Made by a program: the position numbers and the translations under genes. Shown piece by piece: positions 10,024 to 19,479 of a stretch of DNA of 64,000 bases. Positions within the stretch are counted from its first letter, which is position 1; the number at the start of each line of letters is the position of its first letter. Below the pieces are notes generated by a model. It saw only the letters and a list, made by a program, of their open reading frames with translations. It ran no database searches and had not been told where the DNA came from. Source of the stretch: an uncultured Clostridium sp. (lineage in GTDB: Bacteria > Bacillota > Clostridia > TANB77 > CAG-465); the NCBI GenBank assembly GCA_947361355.1, contig CANAIR010000002.1, forward strand, positions 46,976 through 110,975, read 5' to 3'.

Positions 10024-11055
10024 ATGATAGGAATGAGTCAAATTAAAAAGAAGACTTTACAAGGTGTAGCAATTGGAGGTGCAATAGGAGTTGTTGGTAT
10101 AGGACTAACTTTGTTTTTCTCATATAAAACAATAAAGTCATATCAAGATGGTAGTAATAAAAATTACCAAAAAAATTATACAGCAAATGTTGCTGTGCTA
10201 ACAAAAGATGTTATTCAAGGTGAAATAATTACAGATGATATGATAAAAAATGTAAGAATTAATAAAAGTACAGTTCCAGAGGGTGCACTTACATCTGGCG
10301 AGATAGCAGGTAAAGTAGCAAAATATAGTATTGCTGCAAATGTACCTCTTATAAGTTCAATGATTACAGAAGAGATTATTGATTCTGATATAAGAAGCCA
10401 AGAAGTAAATACAATAGTTATGCCTAGTGATTTAAATGTTGGTGATAGTGTTGATATTAGAATAATGTATCCTAATGGTACTGACTATATAGTTTTAGCT
10501 CAAAAAAGAGCAGAACAAATTGAAGGTCAAACTATGTGGTTACAATTATCTGAGGATGAGAGACTATTATTAAATTCAGCTATTGTAGATTCATTTTTAA
10601 CTCAAGGTACAAAATTATATGCAACAAAATATGTTGATCAAGATGCTCAAATAAAAGCTTCTGATGATGCAGCAGATAAAGCAGAAGGTTATGTATCTGA
10701 AAGAATAAAGGATAAAATGACTGATATACAAAGTGCAGATGAAGTAGAATTAACTACTATAATATTTGATTTAATTAAAGAGTATAAAAATTTTGCTACA
10801 ACTGTAACAAGAACAAAAGAAAATTACCAACCAAATACATATGTAATGGATGCAATGAAAAATAATACTAATATTTTAGAACAAGCAAAATCAAAATTAA
10901 GTGAGGATGCTAGAACAAATATTGAAAATGCTATAAAAGATTATGCTAATTCTAATGAAGAAGAATATAGTAATGTTGTATCTGGTGCAAAAGAGGCTAT
11001 AAGTAATCAAAAAACTCAAAGAGATCAATTAGTTAATGGAACAGTTGTAGAATAA
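10024..11055 (+). CDS. cpaB: Flp/Tad pilus assembly protein CpaB/RcpC-like (N-terminal TM + SAF domain)
   Basis: N-terminal TM segment, then a SAF-domain-like region (…VAVLTKDVIQGEIITDDMI…VPEGALTSGEIAGKVAKYSIAANVPLISSMI…). Long acidic C-terminal region. GGAGG RBS precedes the ATG at 10024. Confidence 0.65.
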   Translation: MIGMSQIKKKTLQGVAIGGAIGVVGIGLTLFFSYKTIKSYQDGSNKNYQKNYTANVAVLTKDVIQGEIITDDMIKNVRINKSTVPEGALTSGEIAGKVAKYSIAANVPLISSMITEEIIDSDIRSQEVNTIVMPSDLNVGDSVDIRIMYPNGTDYIVLAQKRAEQIEGQTMWLQLSEDERLLLNSAIVDSFLTQGTKLYATKYVDQDAQIKASDDAADKAEGYVSERIKDKMTDIQSADEVELTTIIFDLIKEYKNFATTVTRTKENYQPNTYVMDAMKNNTNILEQAKSKLSEDARTNIENAIKDYANSNEEEYSNVVSGAKEAISNQKTQRDQLVNGTVVE

Positions 11056-11083
11056 TAATAAAGACAATATAGGAGGAATATAA

Positions 11084-11797
11084 ATGCAAGTAATAGGGTT
11101 GATAGGTTATGTTGATAAATATGATTTTGTTATAAACCTTGCCAAGACAATAAATATTATGGGAAAATCTGTCTTAGTAGTTGATGCTACGTTGGATAGA
11201 AAATTAAAATATGTTATACCATCATTAAGTAATGTTGGTAGATCATATATAACTCAATATAATGATATAGATTTTGCTTTAGGTTTTGATAGTATGCACG
11301 ATGTAGAAAACTATTTAGCTGAACAAAGTATAAATATAGGATTATATGATTTTATATTAATTGATATAGACAGTCCAAAATCATTTGAATTCTTTAGGAC
11401 AAGAGGTATGGATAAAAGATGTTTCTTTATTGATTCTAGTGTTTTATCTGTTGCTAAAAATAAAGATATAATAAAGGCTGTTAGAATATATAGTCAAGAT
11501 CCTGATAATATACAAATGACAAAAATATCATATAAAGGAGTAATGTCAAGGGCAGCAGAAGATTACTTTAAAAAACAAATTGAAGAATATGGAATTAAGT
11601 GGCAAGAGCCAGAATATGAATTTCCACAGGATGAAATGGATAAAATTGCTGATATTGATTCACAATATAGTGGTTTAATTGATGTAAAAAAACATACTAA
11701 AATGTATTTAAATTCATTATCTGACTTAACTGCTGAAATTATAGGAGATGTTACTAGTAAGGAAGTAACAAAGGCAATTAAAAGGAGGAGAGACTAA
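11084..11797 (+). CDS. Degenerate ParA/MinD-fold protein (TadZ/CpaE-like, no intact Walker A)
   Basis: Strong RBS. Sits between cpaB-like and tadA-like genes. ParA-like beta-alpha pattern (VIGLIGYVDK…, DFILIDIDSP…) but lacks the GKGGxGK[ST] P-loop. Confidence 0.45.
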   Translation: MQVIGLIGYVDKYDFVINLAKTINIMGKSVLVVDATLDRKLKYVIPSLSNVGRSYITQYNDIDFALGFDSMHDVENYLAEQSINIGLYDFILIDIDSPKSFEFFRTRGMDKRCFFIDSSVLSVAKNKDIIKAVRIYSQDPDNIQMTKISYKGVMSRAAEDYFKKQIEEYGIKWQEPEYEFPQDEMDKIADIDSQYSGLIDVKKHTKMYLNSLSDLTAEIIGDVTSKEVTKAIKRRRD

Positions 11798-12612
11798 TGG
11801 CAAGAGTAGTATTTTGGAGTCCTGATGCTACTATGACAGGTAATACTCATACTGCAGTAGCTGTTAGTAGTTTAATGGGCATTGAGCATAAGGCAAGCTG
11901 CCTTTTAATGCAAGGTAATTTTGATTCTAAAAAAATAGAATCTTCATATACAATGTATGAACAATTAAGAGAAAGTGGAGCTTTGGAAAATGCAAACTTG
12001 GGTGTAAGTGCATTAATTAGATTGGTAACAAGTAATAAACTTACATCTGATGCTATACAAAACTATGCAAAACCCGTTTTAAAGGGAAGGTTAGATTTAC
12101 TTTATGGTATGACAGCCAAAGATAAAGACGGATATAAAGATTTGGTAAATAATTTGCCATATATTACAAGAAAAGCGGCAGAAATATATGATTTAGTATT
12201 TATCGATTTGCCAAAAACAGCAAATTATAAATATATAAAAGATACTTTGGCTGATTCTGAAATAGTTGTTTGTACAGTTAATCAAGACGTTGTAAAACTA
12301 GATCAATTTTTTGAAAAAGTTCAAAAGATAGATGAACTTAAAGAAAAAAATGTTATTTATGTGATTTCAGATTATGAAAATAAATCTAAATTTAATATAT
12401 CAAATATTAAAATAAAATATAGAATAAAAGATGAAATATATGCTGTACCACATAATTTCGTTTTTACAGATGCCTGTAATTCAGGAGATGTAATAAATTT
12501 CTTTTACAAAAATATCAATTCAGATCCAAAAGATTATAATGGATATTTTATAAGTAAAACAAATGAAATAGTTTCAAAAATATTTGAATTATCAAAGTTA
12601 AAAGATAATTAG
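11797..12612 (+). CDS. Degenerate ParA/MinD-fold protein (TadZ/CpaE-like pseudo-ATPase)
   Basis: VVFWSP…TGNTHTAVAVSS replaces the deviant Walker A. DLVFIDLP is Walker-B-like. Translationally coupled, with its ATG overlapping the upstream stop. Confidence 0.5.
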   Translation: MARVVFWSPDATMTGNTHTAVAVSSLMGIEHKASCLLMQGNFDSKKIESSYTMYEQLRESGALENANLGVSALIRLVTSNKLTSDAIQNYAKPVLKGRLDLLYGMTAKDKDGYKDLVNNLPYITRKAAEIYDLVFIDLPKTANYKYIKDTLADSEIVVCTVNQDVVKLDQFFEKVQKIDELKEKNVIYVISDYENKSKFNISNIKIKYRIKDEIYAVPHNFVFTDACNSGDVINFFYKNINSDPKDYNGYFISKTNEIVSKIFELSKLKDN

Positions 12613-12641
12613 TTTTTGAATAAAAATAAAAAAGAGGTGAT

Positions 12642-14537
12642 ATGATGACAGTTGCATTTATATTTAATATCTTATTAATACTTTTACTTATCGGTTTAGT
12701 TGTTAGCTTTTTTGTATACAAAATAAAAAAATCCGATAGTAAAGAAGCAACTGATGAATTATCAAGAGAAAGAGAAAAATACAGCATTGAAAAAATGAAA
12801 GCATTCATAAAGAAACAATTTGATGAGATTACTAGAATGAATTTGTATGATCTTGCACTTTCAGAAGAAGAATTTGAAAGAAGAAAGAATGTAAAATATG
12901 AGCTAAAAAAAGCTTTACGTGGTGCAGGATATGCAGATAAAAATGACAAAAAGTATGTTAAAACTTTAATGTTTGATTTATTAAGAAATAATTATAAAGT
13001 AAACAGTTTTAATATAAATAATGCAATTCCTTTTGATAATTTTGACTCTTTATCTTCACAAGATAAATTTGAGATATTAATGCACGTTTATAAAAAAGCA
13101 TATAAAACTGATGCTTTAACACAAATAATTACTAAATATAATTTGGATATGCCAAAATATGAGTTTGATCCTGAGGTCCCATCTTATGTTATTACTTCAA
13201 GAGAAATAGATCAAATATTTGCTGCTGAAATAACAGATGATACGCTAACTTTTGATGATAAACTTGAAATAGTAGTACAAAGAATTTATCAAGAATATAA
13301 GGGTTATAGTGTAGTAGATGATATTCGTGATATGAATATAGATGGTGTATCTGGTGGTGTATCTGGTATTCCACCTTCATTCCTTGATCAACTTACTGAT
13401 ATGGATGACTATTTAGAACAAATGGAAGGTAGAAAGCTACCAATGTCATATGATAGTGTATGGATATTCTATAAAGGTAAAGCTACGTATTTATCTTTTC
13501 TATCGTTTGGTAGTGAAACAGAATTAAAAAGAGTATGTCAAAATATATATAAATATAATAATCCAGGTCAATTGTCTGAATCTGTTGGTTATAAAATAAA
13601 CGAAATGAAAGATGGTTCCCGTGTAGTTGTACTTAGACCTAATTTTTCTGAGTCTTGGGCATTCTTCGTAAGAAAATTTGCTCCACCTACTCTTATATCT
13701 GCAGAACAATTGCTTGTTCATGAAAATAAAGAAACAGTAATTGAATTATTAAAATATTTAATAAGAGGTGCAAGAGTAACAGCTATAACTGGTGAGCAAG
13801 GTTGTGGTAAAACAACACTTCTAATGGCTATAATGAAATATTTATATCCTACAATTACAATTCGTGTACAGGAAACTGCATTTGAATTGCATTTAAGAAA
13901 AATTTACCCATACCACAATATCTTATCTTTAAGAGAAACTGATACAATTAATGGTCAAGAAGGTCTTGATGTTCAAAAGAAAACAGATGGTGGTGTTAAC
14001 ATCCTTGGAGAGGTTGCAACTGATCCCGTTGCTGCTTGGATGATTCAAATGGCTCAGGTTGCATCTAAATTTACATTATTTACGCACCATGCTAAAACAT
14101 TCCCTAATTTAATAACTGCACTTAGAAACTCGCTTTTGAAAATAGGTATGTTTAATTCTGAAAATGTTGCAGAAGTGCAAGTTGTACAAGTTATAAACTT
14201 TGATATACATTTAAAAAGAGGTACTGATGGTACAAGATATATTGAAAGAATAACTGAGTGTATTCCACTTGAAAAAGAATTTAAATATAATAATGACTAT
14301 AAAAAAGTAAATGACATGGATAAAAAAATGGATAAGTTTATGGATAATGCTGTTGAATATTTTACTCATATGACTCAAACTAGTAATTATACATATAAAA
14401 ATATAGTTGAATTTGTAGATGGTGCTTATGTATTTAGAAATCCTATTAGTGAAGAGAATATAAAAGCAATGAGAGACAATATGTCACCAGAAGATGTTAA
14501 ATCATTTGACAACTTCATAGATATGGCATGGAGGTGA
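12642..14537 (+). CDS. tadA: Tad/CpaF-family secretion ATPase (TadA-like) with an N-terminal TM helix and ~350-aa extension
   Basis: Walker A AITGEQGCGKTT. CpaF-like motifs DGSRVVVLRPNFSESWAFFVRKF and NILGEVATDP…FTHHA. A hydrophobic N-terminal segment precedes a long, poorly conserved domain. Confidence 0.85.
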   Translation: MMTVAFIFNILLILLLIGLVVSFFVYKIKKSDSKEATDELSREREKYSIEKMKAFIKKQFDEITRMNLYDLALSEEEFERRKNVKYELKKALRGAGYADKNDKKYVKTLMFDLLRNNYKVNSFNINNAIPFDNFDSLSSQDKFEILMHVYKKAYKTDALTQIITKYNLDMPKYEFDPEVPSYVITSREIDQIFAAEITDDTLTFDDKLEIVVQRIYQEYKGYSVVDDIRDMNIDGVSGGVSGIPPSFLDQLTDMDDYLEQMEGRKLPMSYDSVWIFYKGKATYLSFLSFGSETELKRVCQNIYKYNNPGQLSESVGYKINEMKDGSRVVVLRPNFSESWAFFVRKFAPPTLISAEQLLVHENKETVIELLKYLIRGARVTAITGEQGCGKTTLLMAIMKYLYPTITIRVQETAFELHLRKIYPYHNILSLRETDTINGQEGLDVQKKTDGGVNILGEVATDPVAAWMIQMAQVASKFTLFTHHAKTFPNLITALRNSLLKIGMFNSENVAEVQVVQVINFDIHLKRGTDGTRYIERITECIPLEKEFKYNNDYKKVNDMDKKMDKFMDNAVEYFTHMTQTSNYTYKNIVEFVDGAYVFRNPISEENIKAMRDNMSPEDVKSFDNFIDMAWR

Positions 14538-14541
14538 TAAT

Positions 14542-16599
14542 ATGGTTACAAACATAGCAATAGGTTTAGTAGCAATCTCCGTAATTGGTCTTCTTGCACT
14601 TTTTATTTACTATAAAATTGTTCGTCACAAATATATAAAAAATTCTGCTCTTTATTCTAAAGATAGACTTGTAGTAAAAGAAAAGAAAAGTAATAAAGAC
14701 ACATTAGATAAAATATATCAAATCGTATATTTAACTTTTGTAAAAATGCCTATTATAAAATACTATACAAAAAAGACAAGATTAAAATTAGAAATGACAA
14801 ATGATTATACAGAATATGAGTTAAGAAGAAGAACTGGTAAGACTATGTTAACTGCTATTATATTTATGTTTGTATCATTATTTGTATTCTTAAATTTAGT
14901 TAATGATTTGTATATGTCATTAATTGTTATAGTAGGTGTATTAATAGTAACAGAAAAGGTAATAGATATAGGAATTACTTCTGTATCGGAAAAAATACTT
15001 AAACAAATGCCAGAAGCTTTTACTAGTATAAGGCATGCCTTTCATGAGCATGGAATGGTAGAAGAATCTTTTAATTCTGCTATTGATGATTTAGGTGAAA
15101 GGGAGGTAGTACCACAACTTAGAAGAATTAAGGAAGCTATGCTTGCTGAAAATCCTGAAATAGAACTTGAAAGATATTATGACACAGCACCAAATAGATT
15201 TTTAAAATTATTTGCTGGAGTATCATATTTAACTTTGGATTTAGGTGATAGAAAAGTTGATGGAACATCTGTGTATCTTAAAAACTTAAATAATATATTA
15301 AGTGAGATACATCTTGAAATCTTAAAAAGAGATAAAATTAATTATATGTTTAGAAGCTTAACTGTAATTGCAGTAGCTCCACTTGTAGCGATAAAACCTT
15401 TGCAAACATGGGCTGAATCAAACTTTCCAGCACTACTTAATTTTTATGATAGTAGTATAGGATTTTTTATGCAGTCTTTGATTATAGTTTCAATATTTAT
15501 TTCATATTTAATGTTAAGAATTGTTAAAGAAGACGTTGAAGAAATAAAATTTGATAGGGTTTCTGGAGTTAAATGGCAAGAAAAAGTCTATAAATATCGT
15601 TTTGTAAAGATTATAGTTGATGCTTTTAAATCAAGAGAAAATACAAGAAAAAGAAGAAATGAAGAAACACTTATTAAAAATACAAATGCGTATCTTACAA
15701 TAGAATGGTTATATGTTAATAAACTAACAGCTGCATTAATAGCTTTTCTATTATCATTATTACTTTTATTAAATATGCAGCATATTGATGTTTCGGGGGT
15801 ATATAATAAGATTAGTGATGAGTTTTTATCTTTTGGTAAGCTTAGTCCTACACAACAAGCAGCAGCTGATGCTATAAATAGAACAGACAATGAATATATT
15901 GAAAAATATAAAGGCAAAAAAGTAACAAAAGAGCAAATAGCAAGCGAAATGGTTGATCCTGTTACTGGTGAAGTTGACTCAACAGCTGTTGATAGAATAT
16001 ATACAAAAATAGAAACAGTTAAAAATTCGTACTTAAAATTTTGGCAAGTACTTACAGCTTTGATAATTGCAGTAGTAGCATATTTTATTCCAAGTCTTGT
16101 ATTAGTTATAAAAAATAAAATAAGAGAAATGGAAAAAGAAAATGAAATTATGCAATTCCAATCAATAATATTGATGCTTATGTATATCGATAGAGTTGAT
16201 GTTCAAACCATTCTTGAATGGTTAGCAAGATTTTCATATGCTTTTAAAGAACCAATTTCTACTTGTCTAAACAATTATGAATCTGGAGCAGAAATAGCAC
16301 TTGATGAGTTAAAAGAAGCTGTACCATATAAGGATTTCCAAAGAATAGTAGAACAATTAATTTCTGCTGTTGAAAGAATACCTGTTAGAGCTGCTTTTGA
16401 TGAACTTGAAACTGAAAGAGCTTATTTCCATGAAAGAAGAAAAGAGGGAAATGAAAGATTGGTTCAAAAGAAAGTTACAATAGGAAAAGTACTTGGATTT
16501 GCTCCAATGGTATTACTTATAGGTGGTTATTTAGTAGCACCACTTATGATAGTAAGTATAATGCAAATGATGAGTTACTTTAGTAACATGTCATTTTAA
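14542..16599 (+). CDS. Polytopic membrane protein, probable TadB/TadC (T2SS-F domain) fusion
   Basis: 685 aa with multiple TM helices separated by cytoplasmic helical domains, sited immediately after the tadA-like gene. The T2SSF assignment comes from position and architecture, not from a recognised motif. Confidence 0.55.
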   Translation: MVTNIAIGLVAISVIGLLALFIYYKIVRHKYIKNSALYSKDRLVVKEKKSNKDTLDKIYQIVYLTFVKMPIIKYYTKKTRLKLEMTNDYTEYELRRRTGKTMLTAIIFMFVSLFVFLNLVNDLYMSLIVIVGVLIVTEKVIDIGITSVSEKILKQMPEAFTSIRHAFHEHGMVEESFNSAIDDLGEREVVPQLRRIKEAMLAENPEIELERYYDTAPNRFLKLFAGVSYLTLDLGDRKVDGTSVYLKNLNNILSEIHLEILKRDKINYMFRSLTVIAVAPLVAIKPLQTWAESNFPALLNFYDSSIGFFMQSLIIVSIFISYLMLRIVKEDVEEIKFDRVSGVKWQEKVYKYRFVKIIVDAFKSRENTRKRRNEETLIKNTNAYLTIEWLYVNKLTAALIAFLLSLLLLLNMQHIDVSGVYNKISDEFLSFGKLSPTQQAAADAINRTDNEYIEKYKGKKVTKEQIASEMVDPVTGEVDSTAVDRIYTKIETVKNSYLKFWQVLTALIIAVVAYFIPSLVLVIKNKIREMEKENEIMQFQSIILMLMYIDRVDVQTILEWLARFSYAFKEPISTCLNNYESGAEIALDELKEAVPYKDFQRIVEQLISAVERIPVRAAFDELETERAYFHERRKEGNERLVQKKVTIGKVLGFAPMVLLIGGYLVAPLMIVSIMQMMSYFSNMSF

Positions 16600-16671
16600 A
16601 AGAGGTATAAACATTATAGTTTGATAATGTTGTACATATATTAAAACATAAAATAAGGGGGGAATTTTATT

Positions 16672-17163
16672 ATGGATAATGCTCAAAAGGCAATCATGAT
16701 TGGTGTTGGTTTGTTTATTACTATTATTGTTATTGCAGCTGTTATGCTTATAACAGGTATGGGACAAGATATGTTACAATCAGGTCAACAACAAGTATCT
16801 AACATTTCTGCTAGTTTACAAGCGCAACTAACTTCAGATTTTGATGGAACAACTGTAACTGGTGCACAAGTTATAACAGCAGTTAAAAGATATTATCAAG
16901 ATGATACAATGGCAATATATGTTATAAATGGTACTAATCAAAAAAGTTATGGTAAAATAAATGCTACTGGTTATGCAAAAGGAACATATGACCAAGTTAC
17001 ATCAGTTGCAGCAAATAATTCACCAGAAAAAGTTGGAACTTTAACTGATACATCTGCTGCTAATACAGCAAATTATGTACCAAACTCAGCTAAATATAAA
17101 GCTAACATTTTAAAGATAAAAGGAACTAATGATGTTGTTGGTATTTGTTTTGAAAAAGACTAA
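16672..17163 (+). CDS. Pilin-like protein (short polar leader + N-terminal hydrophobic helix), paralog group A
   Basis: MDNAQKAIMIGVGLFITIIVIAAVML…; motif …FDGTTVTGAQVITAVKRYYQDD… is shared with the ORFs at 17354 and 18593. Strong RBS. Confidence 0.5.
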   Translation: MDNAQKAIMIGVGLFITIIVIAAVMLITGMGQDMLQSGQQQVSNISASLQAQLTSDFDGTTVTGAQVITAVKRYYQDDTMAIYVINGTNQKSYGKINATGYAKGTYDQVTSVAANNSPEKVGTLTDTSAANTANYVPNSAKYKANILKIKGTNDVVGICFEKD

Positions 17164-17353
17164 TCAACAAACATATCATTTTTATTATTACAACAAGGTA
17201 TATATTAAATTATATACCTTTTGTAATATAATTATTATAAATATAATTTAAATTATAATTTTATATATATTAAAATATCTATTATTTATATGTTTTAAAA
17301 ATTACTCATATCAATGAATAATTTTTAAAGCACATATTTTAAGGAGGAATATT

Positions 17354-17812
17354 ATGGATGAAAGTTCACTTATGCGAGCCTTAACAGTTGGTGTTGGTGT
17401 ATTTATAGCAATAGCAACAATAACAGCAGTATTATCGTATTATAATACTGCAAAAGATATGGTACAAGCAGTTGGTACTGGGGCAGACTTTGATAGAGAA
17501 TATTCAAATTATATAGAAAATACATTATTAAAAACACAAAATGTTTCATATATAACTGGAAATGATGTTAAAAATTTACTTAACTATTTTTATAAAGATG
17601 AAAAAGTTCAAATAAATATAGCATTAATAACACCATTGTATTTGGATAATGATGATAATTTATTATCATCAAATTTATCTGGAAATAATGTGAATAATCA
17701 TGAAAAGTTATATAATTCATTGAGTTCTAAAATAGTACCTACACAAAAATTTAAATTGGAAAGACAAAATACTTCTGGAAAATTAATTATAAATTTAAAT
17801 GGTATAAAATAA
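17354..17812 (+). CDS. Pilin-like protein, paralog group A
   Basis: MDESSLMRALTVGVGVFIAIATITAVL…; motif …ITGNDVKNLLNYFYKDEK…; strong AGGAGG RBS. Confidence 0.5.
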   Translation: MDESSLMRALTVGVGVFIAIATITAVLSYYNTAKDMVQAVGTGADFDREYSNYIENTLLKTQNVSYITGNDVKNLLNYFYKDEKVQINIALITPLYLDNDDNLLSSNLSGNNVNNHEKLYNSLSSKIVPTQKFKLERQNTSGKLIINLNGIK

Positions 17813-17823
17813 AGGAGTAGATT

Positions 17824-18573
17824 ATGGAGGATACATTACAAAGAGTATTTGCAATTATAATTGCTGTTGTTATATTCTTTTTATTACCACTATATATAGC
17901 TTTTGAAAAAAAAGATGATATTTCCTATTCACTTGCTTTAAGAATTACTACAAATTTTGTAGATAATGTGAAAAGCAAAGGATATTTAAGTAAGGAAATG
18001 TATGACAATTTCATTTCAAGGTTATCAATAACTGGTAATGTATATGATATAAAACTTGAACATATAGCGAAAAAATATAATCCAGTTATATATTCTTATG
18101 ATAATGACTATAAACAAATAAAAGAAAAATTTGATTATAATACTTATAAAGAGCAGTTTGAAAATGGTCAGATTAACTCTGCTACTGGAATTTATAAAAA
18201 CTTAGTATTAGCTTATGAGCTATATGAAGTTAGATATAATGAATCAAATATTATAGAGGCATTAGATTTGAATGAACAAATTATAAGACGTGTAGAAGAA
18301 GGGACATCTGAGGCTGAAAATTATAAGTCTGTAAACAGAGATAATATTCCTGTTATATCTGGAATATATCGAACAGATGAAAATAAAGCCTTATATCCTA
18401 TGAGTAAAGGTGATGAATTTACAGTTATTATAAAAAATACAAATACTACTGTTGCGAGTATATTATTTAATACTTTAACTTTTGGGGCTAATACAGGTAA
18501 TGATACTAAGGTATATATTAATTATGGCGGTTCTATACAAAGTGAAGAATATAGAAAAACAGTATTAGAATAA
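17824..18573 (+). CDS. Pilin-like protein, paralog group B (homologous to the N-terminal ~200 aa of the 715-aa protein)
   Basis: N-terminal hydrophobic helix. …TTNFVDNVKSKGYLSKEMYDNFISRLSITGNVYDIKLE… aligns to the 19480 ORF (…TTNFVDEVINCGYIDQQMYDNFIQKLSITGNLYDIQLE…). Confidence 0.5.
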   Translation: MEDTLQRVFAIIIAVVIFFLLPLYIAFEKKDDISYSLALRITTNFVDNVKSKGYLSKEMYDNFISRLSITGNVYDIKLEHIAKKYNPVIYSYDNDYKQIKEKFDYNTYKEQFENGQINSATGIYKNLVLAYELYEVRYNESNIIEALDLNEQIIRRVEEGTSEAENYKSVNRDNIPVISGIYRTDENKALYPMSKGDEFTVIIKNTNTTVASILFNTLTFGANTGNDTKVYINYGGSIQSEEYRKTVLE

Positions 18574-18592
18574 CTATTGGAGGTGATTTATT

Positions 18593-18985
18593 TTGGATTT
18601 GGCAGCTAATAAAGCTATAACAATTGCTACCGCAGTTTTTATAACTATTATAATAACATCTGGTGTGTTATTTTCAATTGGGCAAATGCAAAGTATATAT
18701 TCACAAGTGTATGAAACAGATATTAATATTCAAAATAGATTTGGAGAATTTGAATCATTTGATAATACTGAAAAGACAGGTATAGATGTAATGAATGTGT
18801 CTAAAAAGTACAGAGATTCAGATTTAGTAAATATATACATTTTAGGAAGCAGTGAAAAATTAAATACTTCTGCTGGTATTAATCGTCTTCCATCAAGGCT
18901 TGGTACAAATCCAGGTGAGGTATTATATAAAAGTACTGTAAAAGATGTAAATGGAAGAATAACAATAGAATTTACAAAAAAATAG
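18593..18985 (+). CDS. Pilin-like protein, paralog group A (TTG start)
   Basis: MDLAANKAITIATAVFITIIITSGVLF…; GGAGG RBS 9 nt before the TTG. Confidence 0.45.
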   Translation: MDLAANKAITIATAVFITIIITSGVLFSIGQMQSIYSQVYETDINIQNRFGEFESFDNTEKTGIDVMNVSKKYRDSDLVNIYILGSSEKLNTSAGINRLPSRLGTNPGEVLYKSTVKDVNGRITIEFTKK

Positions 18986-18997
18986 AGGTGAAATATT

Positions 18998-19462
18998 ATG
19001 GAAGATTCAGCATTTGATGCGTTATACACAGGTACATATGTATTAGTATTTATTATAGCTCTTACTATAACACTTTATTTGTTTAACTCTATTATAGACT
19101 TTTCAGACTTAGCATATGAATTTAATACAAAAGTTGAAGACAATTCTACCATAATTGATGCTCCAGTTGAGGCAAATAGATTACTTTCTGGTGAAGAAGT
19201 ATTATCCTATTATTACAATTATGTTAAGCATGATTTATATTCCGAAAAGGTATCACCAGTTAATTATAACGTAAATATACAAATTGGTAGAACTACAAAC
19301 GAGCTTGCTGGTATGTCACTTTTAGAAATTTCACAAGCAATCGGAATGGAAAATAAGTTTATTTTAAGATACAAAGGCGCAAAATATGGCGATGATGGTG
19401 TAAAAAATATAGATATAGATATAGTGAAAGCAACACAAGAACAAATAGATGCTTTAGTTTAG
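18998..19462 (+). CDS. Pilin-like protein (N-terminal hydrophobic segment)
   Basis: MEDSAFDALYTGTYVLVFIIALTITLYLF…; AGAGGTGA RBS. Confidence 0.45.
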   Translation: MEDSAFDALYTGTYVLVFIIALTITLYLFNSIIDFSDLAYEFNTKVEDNSTIIDAPVEANRLLSGEEVLSYYYNYVKHDLYSEKVSPVNYNVNIQIGRTTNELAGMSLLEISQAIGMENKFILRYKGAKYGDDGVKNIDIDIVKATQEQIDALV

Positions 19463-19479
19463 AAAGGTGTGAAATATAA

